Shown: positions 9,826-18,414 of the stretch, one piece after another
How positions within the stretch are numbered: the first letter of the stretch is position 1
Layout of the letters: each line of letters begins with the position of its first letter
Origin: a virus
Reading direction: 5' to 3' (one strand)
Length of the DNA stretch: 64,000 bases
IMG/VR virus record: IMGVR_UViG_3300047157_000243
Span: 1-64,000 of that record
Made by a program: the position numbers and the translations under genes
Notes under the pieces: model-generated
What the model was told of the DNA's origin: nothing
The model's database searches: none
Seen by the model: only the letters and a program-made list of their open reading frames with translations

Positions 9826-11263
9826 CTAGGTTTAAATTAAAACTCCTTTGCACGTTTTTTACATCGTATACAAATTCTTCTAGATTAAAAAGGCATTTAG
9901 GAGCACCTATTAATTTAAAAACAAAACTTATAGCATCTCTAGTTCCTCTTTTTTTGTAAAGCCAAACTATGTTTACCATTATTCTCCTCCAAATTTCTAA
10001 GTTATACTCCTCAAAAGATTTGCCAGTTGAATCAAACTCACCAGCTAAATAATCTATAACATCGTCAGCATTAAAAGCGTTTGGAAGTTTCGCTCCCAAC
10101 ATATCTGCTAATCTTGATAAAAATTTATTAGGAACACTTTCTGAGCCACTATAAGTTACAGAGTGTGCATATGCTATACCATCTATATATTGTTTTATAG
10201 TATCAAACTGTTCAGCATAAACAGTTGTTATTTTTCTATAAGAGTCATCTTGAGAGTCTAAATCTGTAAAATTTTCAGGAAGCATAGTCCTGAGCATTAT
10301 ATTTGTTTTTTCTTCATCAATATTCTTAGCATTTTTTAATATCTTACTGGCATAGGTTTCAAAACTGTTTCCATAACTATCTGGTGCGAACCCGTCAATT
10401 GTTTTAGGCCAATCAAATTTTACTCTTGAATATGTGCCCGTATCAGAATTTGGCACCATTAGATTTCCATCATAAATTAATTGTGTTTCTAAGTTTGGCA
10501 AAGTCCTTTTAAATTGTCCCACCCTTTGTCTTGTTGGTCTTACGTAGATTGGATAGCTAAACGTGCTAGCACTCATAGCTTCTTCGGGCAATAAAATTCC
10601 ATTTATTTCAAACTCTAAATATTGACCATACAAGTAGTCGTATGAATTAATTTCATGAATTTCATTCATAAAAGTGCTACCAGTAATTGTACTTTGAGAT
10701 TCTCCGCTTAACTGTATTGCAAAAGAGCTAGTATCATTGTATAGGTCTATTTGCGATTCAGATTGTTCAGACCTTCCTGATACATATATAATATCACTTT
10801 GATTAGTTATTGAAGAAAGTGAAATTTTAAAAATTGATTTTTGTTGAACTAAGTCATGAGAATAATCATATATAGTTACACCGCTATTTATTGATTTTGA
10901 AAGTAATGCATATGGAAATGTGTCGACTATATTATTTATAGCATTAGCAACTTTAGTATAAAATGAGCCAAAATATGCATAACTACTAGCATCATCTGGC
11001 CTTAAGTTTAATTCATTTGATTTTGTGGTTATAATTTTTAAAACATCAAAATCATCAGATTTAGAACTTTCAATAGTTGAATAGGGCCCAAATGAAAGTG
11101 TAGAGTCTAAAGTGGTTTCTGTAAAATTGTCATTTGGTTTAGCATTGTCTATACGAAATGTGCCAAATGTAAATGCAGATTCTGCACTGGTTGCAGCGAA
11201 TCTAGTGTCTCTACCAGGGGCTGGTCTAATGTCTAAAGTTGTACCACTATCTATTGATGTCAT
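9752..11263 (-). CDS. Baseplate wedge-like protein (P2 gpI-like domain), N-terminal part
   Basis: VPNKFLSRLADMLG ... WRRI..N.VWLYKKRGTRDAI motif. Confidence 0.6.
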   Translation of the reverse strand: MTSIDSGTTLDIRPAPGRDTRFAATSAESAFTFGTFRIDNAKPNDNFTETTLDSTLSFGPYSTIESSKSDDFDVLKIITTKSNELNLRPDDASSYAYFGSFYTKVANAINNIVDTFPYALLSKSINSGVTIYDYSHDLVQQKSIFKISLSSITNQSDIIYVSGRSEQSESQIDLYNDTSSFAIQLSGESQSTITGSTFMNEIHEINSYDYLYGQYLEFEINGILLPEEAMSASTFSYPIYVRPTRQRVGQFKRTLPNLETQLIYDGNLMVPNSDTGTYSRVKFDWPKTIDGFAPDSYGNSFETYASKILKNAKNIDEEKTNIMLRTMLPENFTDLDSQDDSYRKITTVYAEQFDTIKQYIDGIAYAHSVTYSGSESVPNKFLSRLADMLGAKLPNAFNADDVIDYLAGEFDSTGKSFEEYNLEIWRRIMVNIVWLYKKRGTRDAISFVFKLIGAPKCLFNLEEFVYDVKNVQRSFNLNLDAEGDNSTFNVESFSSNRNFYRYN

Positions 11264-11444
11264 ATAAAATGCTTTAATTATAAATATTTAGTCAAAAAAA
11301 CTTATAGAAATAATTTATCTTTTTTTTTACTATAATATTTATTTCTAAGGAATGAAATATTTTTTAAAACTAAACAAATCAAAAGTTTACTTTAAAACTT
11401 TTAAAGTTATATTATAAAAAATTCCTAAAAAGAGTAAATAGAAA

Positions 11445-13472
11445 ATGGGATATATTTTAAATGAACCTAAAACTTTTATAAATGTCAAATTAACTGACGT
11501 TGGTAGAAGGCAGTTGTCTTTGGGTAACTTGGTGTTTGCAAATGCAGTATTTTCAGACAGAGAGATTAATTATGGCATTGACAGAAATGATAAATATAGT
11601 ATTGCAAATAATAGAGTACTATCTCCGCTAGACACGAATCCAACTTTTACCGTTAACTTTGACGGCACCTTACCGCTTCCGCTAGAGGGAAATCAAGTAA
11701 CTTCGGCAAAACAATTTGCAACAGGAGCTACCAGTAGTTATGGAATGTTTACAGGCACTACTATTTCTAGCGCATCTACTGCAATAGACACAACGAAATT
11801 GTTAGGGTCTAACACCATTACTTATAGTTCATCTCCATTAAGTGGAGGTTCTACGGTTATTTTAGATAGTGCAACACACTACCCAAACGCAGGAGAATTA
11901 GTTTTTATTCCATGGAAACCAATACAAAACAGTGGAGCAACATACGCAGCAAACATAGTTCCTTCAGGAAGTCCAACAGTTTCACTTTGGTATAGAGTTA
12001 CTACTGCCGACAGCCCAGGCACAGGAGAAATAACACTAGATAGACCAACTCCTGATTTTGGAGGGGAGTCTACTTCTCAAGTTGTTGATACTTATTTTTA
12101 TCCTTATGATGGAATAGAAAGTTATTACGGTACAGCATCCACAGTTAATCCTATGTTGTGGAATATGAATATAGTTAGAACTCAATCGGTAGAAGGGACA
12201 TCACTAAGTGTAAGTGGTTATACTTCTTATGGTTCTATAGAATATAATGGAACTAAACAATATCTTGGATTTACAGAAGGTGTAGAATCTATAGGAATTT
12301 TACATTACACTAACGAATTTACTGGCAACACTTATGCTGAACAACTTCTTGAGTCTACAGTAAAAGTTGATTTGCCATACGTCATGTGGCATGGAACTCA
12401 AGGTACAAATGGTCAAGTTTCTAATTATGGCTTATCACTATATGATGCGGACGGAAGGACTCAATCTGATATAATTTCAAATTCAACTTACAGACTTTTA
12501 AAAGATGGAGTTACAGATACTAGCAGAACTTTGGGTAGAGTTTATCATAAGTTAAAAATTATAGTAATAACAGACCAAGAATTATTGACTGCATTAACTT
12601 ATAAGTCAAATAGAAATTATACTTTACCACCATTAAACTTATCTACATCAAGTGTCCCAAAATACCCATTAACATCAGTGGAGGCTACAGGACTTGTGAA
12701 GTCTGGAAAAACTTATTTTGTTACATATGTAACAGAAAGCGAAACTAGCTACATTTCTGGGACAACTTTCGGATACCCAAAAACTTTGCATTGTGGATAT
12801 GTTCAAAAGTTAATTGGCGGTTTGGACGCCGATGGTAATAAACCATTTTTATCTGGAAACTTCACTACAAGCTCATTTCCTTATTTGAGAAATAGTCTAG
12901 ACATGACAAGTTTGTCTGGAACTGGATGGAGTGCAAATAAGGTTCAATTATTAATTTCGGAACAAGATGATACGACTGGAACTCTTGAAATTCAAGATGT
13001 TCCCTCTTATGAATGGAAATTAATATCTAACGGATATGGTAATGGAATATATTCAGGAGAAACTTCTGACACATCAATAGATGCGAGACGTTTAAATGGA
13101 TATCAATTTATTGTTTCACAAGAAGATTATGACAGTGGAACAACATATACTTTAGATAGTTTGTTTACTGAAAACAATGACCACTCTTTAACTGGATTAA
13201 CTTTTGGAGATGAATCTTTTGTTTTTGGAAATGTTAAATCAGACGTATTAGCTACGACATATAAAACGGTAATAACAACATTTGCAAAAAATGATTCATT
13301 AAATACTTCAACAAACTTTTCTTTTGACAATACATTAGATAGCACTACATACATAACAGAAGTGGGAATATTAGATGGAGAATCAAACTTGGTAGCAGTA
13401 GGAAAGCCAACTTATCCAATAACAAAAAATGAAGGAAGATTTTTAACCTTTCAATTACAAATAGACTTTTAA
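11445..13472 (+). CDS. Baseplate/tail structural protein
   Basis: N-term LTDVGRRQLS.G...FSD.EINY; C-term YITEVGILD....LVAVGK...PI.K. Confidence 0.65.
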   Translation: MGYILNEPKTFINVKLTDVGRRQLSLGNLVFANAVFSDREINYGIDRNDKYSIANNRVLSPLDTNPTFTVNFDGTLPLPLEGNQVTSAKQFATGATSSYGMFTGTTISSASTAIDTTKLLGSNTITYSSSPLSGGSTVILDSATHYPNAGELVFIPWKPIQNSGATYAANIVPSGSPTVSLWYRVTTADSPGTGEITLDRPTPDFGGESTSQVVDTYFYPYDGIESYYGTASTVNPMLWNMNIVRTQSVEGTSLSVSGYTSYGSIEYNGTKQYLGFTEGVESIGILHYTNEFTGNTYAEQLLESTVKVDLPYVMWHGTQGTNGQVSNYGLSLYDADGRTQSDIISNSTYRLLKDGVTDTSRTLGRVYHKLKIIVITDQELLTALTYKSNRNYTLPPLNLSTSSVPKYPLTSVEATGLVKSGKTYFVTYVTESETSYISGTTFGYPKTLHCGYVQKLIGGLDADGNKPFLSGNFTTSSFPYLRNSLDMTSLSGTGWSANKVQLLISEQDDTTGTLEIQDVPSYEWKLISNGYGNGIYSGETSDTSIDARRLNGYQFIVSQEDYDSGTTYTLDSLFTENNDHSLTGLTFGDESFVFGNVKSDVLATTYKTVITTFAKNDSLNTSTNFSFDNTLDSTTYITEVGILDGESNLVAVGKPTYPITKNEGRFLTFQLQIDF

Positions 13473-13489
13473 AAAATAAAAAATATAAC

Positions 13490-14185
13490 ATGGGAGCAAT
13501 AACATCAGCAGATACAATTTATGCAACAGCATATCTAACAGAGATTGGAAGGCAGTACTTATTTCAAGATAGCAATCACCCTAGGTTTGTAGAACTTAGC
13601 GATGGAACTAGAATAGATAGGTTAAAAATAGAAAGGTTTTCTCTAGGAGACCCAGACGTTAACTATAGGTTACCAAATCTGCCAACATCGGGAAATATAC
13701 CAGATTTATCTGGTGAAAATGAAAATAATATTACAGGAGCTAAAGGTAGAACTTTAAATAATTTAATATCTCCTTTTGAATCTGCCTTAGGAGATGGAGA
13801 TGATTCTTTGGAATATACCACAAGTCAAGGAGATATAGAGATAGATTTAAATAAAGATTTAGATAAGATACCAACCGTATATACTCAAGAGTTATTAACC
13901 TTATTGGACGAAGAGCCAACTTTAGAGTCTACATATGACTTATTACCAAAGAATTTTGGTGAAAATCAAGTAAAAGACGGAGAGTTAGTTATTACTCTGA
14001 GAATGGCAACAACTAACAACCCTGGGTATAGGATTAGAATATTATATCCTACAATTGAAGACGATAACAACATATGTACTATTCAATTTGAAACTGCAAA
14101 TATGTTACAAACAACTAAAAAAGAATATGACAAAATATCGTCAAAGATATCACCTGATGCATTCGGTAAAACTAGTTTAGGATAA
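13490..14185 (+). CDS. Baseplate/tail structural protein
   Basis: AYLTEIGRQYL...FSLGDPDVNY, paralogous to the N-terminus of 11445..13472. Confidence 0.6.
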   Translation: MGAITSADTIYATAYLTEIGRQYLFQDSNHPRFVELSDGTRIDRLKIERFSLGDPDVNYRLPNLPTSGNIPDLSGENENNITGAKGRTLNNLISPFESALGDGDDSLEYTTSQGDIEIDLNKDLDKIPTVYTQELLTLLDEEPTLESTYDLLPKNFGENQVKDGELVITLRMATTNNPGYRIRILYPTIEDDNNICTIQFETANMLQTTKKEYDKISSKISPDAFGKTSLG

Positions 14186-14225
14186 GCCCAGGCTTATCTA
14201 CTCAATAAAAATTAAAATTAAAATT

Positions 14226-14639
14226 ATGACTAATAAAAATATAAAACCAGCTAGAAAATTAGCAAAAAACTATAGTAAAACTCCACTTACAAGAAGATTA
14301 GGGCCAATAGTTAGAGACAAGTCTCCAATTCAACAGGTTGTCGATGAAGGTAGTGAAGAAGTTTCTTATAACGATTGGCAAGTTATGGATAACATGGATG
14401 AGGGGATGAGACAAGCTTTAATTAGGTGGATAGACACAACTAAAGAAGGCAAACAAGTTCTAAACCCAACAGGTTCAACAAGAACTAAAACTATAAATTT
14501 TCAATTTTATGGAAATCCTTCTAAGGACATTATTGGAGCTGCTGGCGACATTGGTGAGTTTAAATTAGAATTTAAATATACAAAGAAAATTATACAACCT
14601 TTAGCTATTGATGGTTCAAATACCATTATAGCCAGATAA
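14226..14639 (+). CDS. Hypothetical protein (structural cluster)
   Basis: ORF in operon. Confidence 0.6.
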   Translation: MTNKNIKPARKLAKNYSKTPLTRRLGPIVRDKSPIQQVVDEGSEEVSYNDWQVMDNMDEGMRQALIRWIDTTKEGKQVLNPTGSTRTKTINFQFYGNPSKDIIGAAGDIGEFKLEFKYTKKIIQPLAIDGSNTIIAR

Positions 14640-14659
14640 ATAAAATAAAATAAAATAAA

Positions 14660-15814
14660 ATGATTGCAGATTCAAGATTTACTAAAAAAGTAGATTCATA
14701 TGTAGCCCTTCAAAGAGAAAGTTCAACAATAAAAAGTCTTTCAGAAGAGACTTTGAAGTTTACTCTTTGCGATAGAGACAATTTGGCTGATAATAAAGGA
14801 AACTATTTTATGTCTTTTAATTTACCGTTTAAAACAAGCCAATTCCCTACAACAAGTAGAGTTTCTGAAGTTTTTCCCGAATTACAACAGTTAAATGTAG
14901 ACCAGATTATAATAACTCCAATATCAGCAAATGATTATAGTGAGTTTATAGACGGAAGAACAGTTAATATGACAGTACCAGTTTCGGGAAGTTCAAACCC
15001 TACACTATTATCAGGTGTGACTCTAGTTTCAAGTACTTATACAGCTGTAAAACCTTTAAAGTATGAGTCAAATGTATTGCTTGGTGATAACATTGTTTTT
15101 CTATTTTCAGACGACATAAATAAGCCTTATAGCGGAAAGACAAGAAATGAATTGGGAGACGGAATAGACAATTCAAACGTTACTTCTTGGGACCCAACAG
15201 GAGAATATAAAGATAGAGCAGGAGCAACGTCATATTCAGAGGTGAGAGATTTTTATGATACAGACCAAAGAACTGATGCTAGTTACGCTGTTTCAGTCGC
15301 ACCAGGATACCCAGAAAATAGAGATGGCTATAATTATGATGTGCCTTGTGGGTTTGCGGTTTTGGATAAGGGTTACGTGGTAATTACTCATCCTCAAATT
15401 GTAAACAATTTCCCATGGACATCTGGTTTTACAGAATCTGGAGCCGCTTATGTTGATGATTTCAATGTCACGAGTAAAACTGACATTCATTTTACGGGTA
15501 GTAGTTTTGCAGACATTTCTGCAGAAGGAGCTATTCTTTCGTATAAAGATATAGACACGTCTTTTAAAATGACATCAGTTTGCATAGCAATGCCACAAGA
15601 GTTTTATATATCAAACAATCCTACTTGGGACAAAGAGAAGGCTATTGCGCAAATGAACGAAGAGACTCAAATTGTTAATTATGATGATATATACATAACT
15701 GAAATCGGTCTGTATAATAGTTTAGGAGAATTAATAGCGGTAGCCAAAATGAGTGAACCCATTAAAAAAACATATGTAAATGCCCTTACTTTTGAAATTA
15801 ACCTAGAAATGTAA
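14660..15814 (+). CDS. Baseplate/tail structural protein
   Basis: C-term YITEIGLYN..GELIAVAKMSEPIKK, paralogous to the C-terminus of 11445..13472. Confidence 0.65.
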   Translation: MIADSRFTKKVDSYVALQRESSTIKSLSEETLKFTLCDRDNLADNKGNYFMSFNLPFKTSQFPTTSRVSEVFPELQQLNVDQIIITPISANDYSEFIDGRTVNMTVPVSGSSNPTLLSGVTLVSSTYTAVKPLKYESNVLLGDNIVFLFSDDINKPYSGKTRNELGDGIDNSNVTSWDPTGEYKDRAGATSYSEVRDFYDTDQRTDASYAVSVAPGYPENRDGYNYDVPCGFAVLDKGYVVITHPQIVNNFPWTSGFTESGAAYVDDFNVTSKTDIHFTGSSFADISAEGAILSYKDIDTSFKMTSVCIAMPQEFYISNNPTWDKEKAIAQMNEETQIVNYDDIYITEIGLYNSLGELIAVAKMSEPIKKTYVNALTFEINLEM

Positions 15815-15869
15815 AGCATAAACAAATAAGTTCTTAAAGTGAACATCAATATTTTTTTATATTTGCCCT

Positions 15870-15957
15870 AACAAAAAAGAAACTCTAGTACCACGAATGC
15901 CAGAGTTTCTACACTAATCGACAAAAAATCAGCTCTCATATCTTTGAGAGCTTTTTT
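15870..15957 (+). ncRNA. Candidate small RNA (promoter-hairpin-terminator, no ORF)
   Basis: TATATTTG at 15858; AGAAACTCT/AGAGTTTCT stem 15878-15910; AGCTCTCA/TGAGAGCT+T-run 15931-15957. Confidence 0.35.
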
Positions 15958-15998
15958 ATTTACTTTTTTTTAAAAAACATAATTTAGTTAAAAAAAAT

Positions 15999-16580
15999 AT
16001 GACTTTAGGACTAGATATTTCAACAACTGTAATAGGTATAGCACTTTTTGATTCAAACGATAAGCTTTGTAATTTAGAGTACATAAAATTTAAACCAAAA
16101 ACAAATTTATTTCAAAGGCTAGACGATTTCGTTGAGCACTTTGAAAAGTTGAGTTCAGCCATCAATTTAGACAAGGGAAAGAATAAGTTAAAACACATAT
16201 CAATAGAAGAGCCTTTAAAAGCATTTAAAGGTAAATTTTCTAATGCAGAGACCATACAGAAGCTTACAACCATGAATGCTTTTGTTAGTATTTATGTTTA
16301 CCAAAAATTTAAGATAGAGCCAAGGTATTATAATGTTCAAACTGCAAGAAAGACGGCTTTCCCAAACTTAACCATTCCTAAAGGTGCCCCCAATAAAAAG
16401 TATTTAATTTGGGAAAAGGTTGTAGAGAAAGAGCCTCAAATAAATTGGGTTTATTCTAAAAAAACACATAAACTTAGAGATGAAAACTTTGACATGTCTG
16501 ATGCTTATGTTGTTGGTTATGCAGATATTATTACCCGACAAATAACTCAAAAAAATATACTAAAAGAAACAGGTTCATAA
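15999..16580 (+). CDS. RuvC-like Holliday junction resolvase
   Basis: LGLDISTT.IG, IEEP, DMSDAY acidic RNase H-fold motifs. Confidence 0.8.
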   Translation: MTLGLDISTTVIGIALFDSNDKLCNLEYIKFKPKTNLFQRLDDFVEHFEKLSSAINLDKGKNKLKHISIEEPLKAFKGKFSNAETIQKLTTMNAFVSIYVYQKFKIEPRYYNVQTARKTAFPNLTIPKGAPNKKYLIWEKVVEKEPQINWVYSKKTHKLRDENFDMSDAYVVGYADIITRQITQKNILKETGS

Positions 16581-16605
16581 AATTGTTTAAAAACTCTTTT
16601 TAGTT

Positions 16606-16613
16606 TATATTTG
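16606..16613 (+). promoter_or_regulatory. Bacteroidota-type -7 promoter element (TATATTTG) for the primase operon
   Basis: TAnnTTTG with TTG 20 nt upstream. Confidence 0.6.
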
Positions 16614-16633
16614 TTTATTATAAAAAATCTTTA

Positions 16634-17689
16634 GTGGAAAATAATAAACAAATCATAATATCTATACTTGAAAAAATATTTGGCTCACCTAAAAAAAGTG
16701 GTGACATAAAAGAGTATGAATTCAACTGCAAAAGTAGGGTTTGCAGAAATGATGAAAACAAATTTAATCTCGCTTATAATTCTCAAAATAATATTTATCA
16801 TTGTTGGAAATGTAAATACAAAGGACACATACATAAGTTGGTTTCGGACTATGGAAATAATGATGATTTAAATAGAATATCTTTGGTTCTTCCCAAAACA
16901 AAACCTTTTAAAAAAGAAAAAAAATCAGAAGAATATAGTGACATGATTACCTGTTCGCTACCAGAAGGGTTTAAGTATATGTCTAAAAAAAGTAATTCAA
17001 AGTATTACAAGGCAGCAGCAAGGTATATGTTGTCTACAAGGGGTTGGAGTTGGGATAAAATTAAAAAACATAATTTAGGGTATACCGAAAATAAAGGAAA
17101 CAGAAAATATAGAATCATATTCCCCTCTTATAATGAGTATGGTCAAGTCAATTATTATGTAGGAAGAACTTATTATGACGTTGTTAAGCCCAATTATATG
17201 GGGCCTCCAAAAGAGGAAGTTGCTAGGACTGAAATTATATTTAATGTTAAAAGTGTAAATTTTGATATACCAGTTTTTTTAGTTGAAGGCGTTTTTGATG
17301 CTTCATGTATATATAATTCAATACCTATGCTAGGCAAGGAACCAGCTAATGTAATTATAAAAAAGCTAGTAGAGCACAACACTAGAGTTGTTTTATGTTT
17401 GGACGAGGACGCATTATATGATAGCATAGAAATATACAACAAACTAAGCTCTTATGGTTTAGATGTTTATTTTGTAGAAATACCAGATGATATAGATGAA
17501 TTCAATAAAGCAAACGGAAAACAAGCTACAATTGAACTTTTGAAAACTTGTAGAAAGTTAGATTTTCAATATATGTTTAAAAAGTTTGCACTTAATGAAA
17601 GTGTTAAAAAGAAGGATGTTATAGATGAGAAAAGTTTAAAAAATGAGTGGGAAAAAATGAAATCAGAAATACTAAAAGACCAAAAATGA
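16634..17689 (+). CDS. dnaG: DNA primase (Zn finger + TOPRIM)
   Basis: C-x4-C...YHCWKC zinc-binding domain; RIIFP..N..G....Y.GR; LVEGVFDA; LCLDED. Confidence 0.85.
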   Translation: MENNKQIIISILEKIFGSPKKSGDIKEYEFNCKSRVCRNDENKFNLAYNSQNNIYHCWKCKYKGHIHKLVSDYGNNDDLNRISLVLPKTKPFKKEKKSEEYSDMITCSLPEGFKYMSKKSNSKYYKAAARYMLSTRGWSWDKIKKHNLGYTENKGNRKYRIIFPSYNEYGQVNYYVGRTYYDVVKPNYMGPPKEEVARTEIIFNVKSVNFDIPVFLVEGVFDASCIYNSIPMLGKEPANVIIKKLVEHNTRVVLCLDEDALYDSIEIYNKLSSYGLDVYFVEIPDDIDEFNKANGKQATIELLKTCRKLDFQYMFKKFALNESVKKKDVIDEKSLKNEWEKMKSEILKDQK

Positions 17690-18414
17690 GTAAATCTAAA
17701 GATAAAAATTCAATAGCACATTTATCTGATATTCATATTAGATACGGAAGTAGACACAAAGAGTATAAAGATGTTTTTCAAAGAACTATAGATGATTTAA
17801 TTGAAAAGTGTCCTAAAAGAATCGCTATAACGGGAGATTTGTTTCATATTAAAATAAATCTATCCCCTAATGCTTTGGAGTTAGCGGGGTGGTTTTTAAA
17901 AGAGTTGTCTAAAATAGCACCAGTTGATTTAATTTTGGGAAATCACGATTTGAATCTACAGTCTCTAGAGCAAGGAAATTCAATCGAACCAATAATAAAA
18001 TTGATTAGCGATGGTTATATAATTGAAAAAGGTGCAAAGAAACTGCCAAGTCATAATGGTGATGGAAATGGAATATTCTTTTTTTTACATAGTGGTTTTT
18101 ATAATATAAATGATGATATAGTTTATGGTATATACTCTTGCTTGGATAATGAAATTTTAACGCTTAAAACAAAGGATAAAAAAAAAACATACATTGCAAT
18201 GTACCACGGCCCAGTATATGGCTCTAGAGGTAATAATGGATATGAATTACACGATAGTGAATATATGATGAAGCTTAGTACTTTTAATAATTTTGACATT
18301 GTTATGTTGGGAGATATACATGAGCATCAAGCATTTTCTTTAAAGGCATCAGCAACAGAAAATGTCGCATACCCAGGCTCACTTATACAGCAAGATTATG
18401 GAGAAAACTATTGA
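17686..18414 (+). CDS. sbcD: Mre11/SbcD metallophosphoesterase domain (N-terminal part of a probable SbcD-SbcC fusion)
   Basis: HLSDIH, GDLFH, GNHD, LGDIH, YPGSLIQQ motifs; frame breaks at A4 18404-18407. Confidence 0.85.
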   Translation: MSKSKDKNSIAHLSDIHIRYGSRHKEYKDVFQRTIDDLIEKCPKRIAITGDLFHIKINLSPNALELAGWFLKELSKIAPVDLILGNHDLNLQSLEQGNSIEPIIKLISDGYIIEKGAKKLPSHNGDGNGIFFFLHSGFYNINDDIVYGIYSCLDNEILTLKTKDKKKTYIAMYHGPVYGSRGNNGYELHDSEYMMKLSTFNNFDIVMLGDIHEHQAFSLKASATENVAYPGSLIQQDYGENY

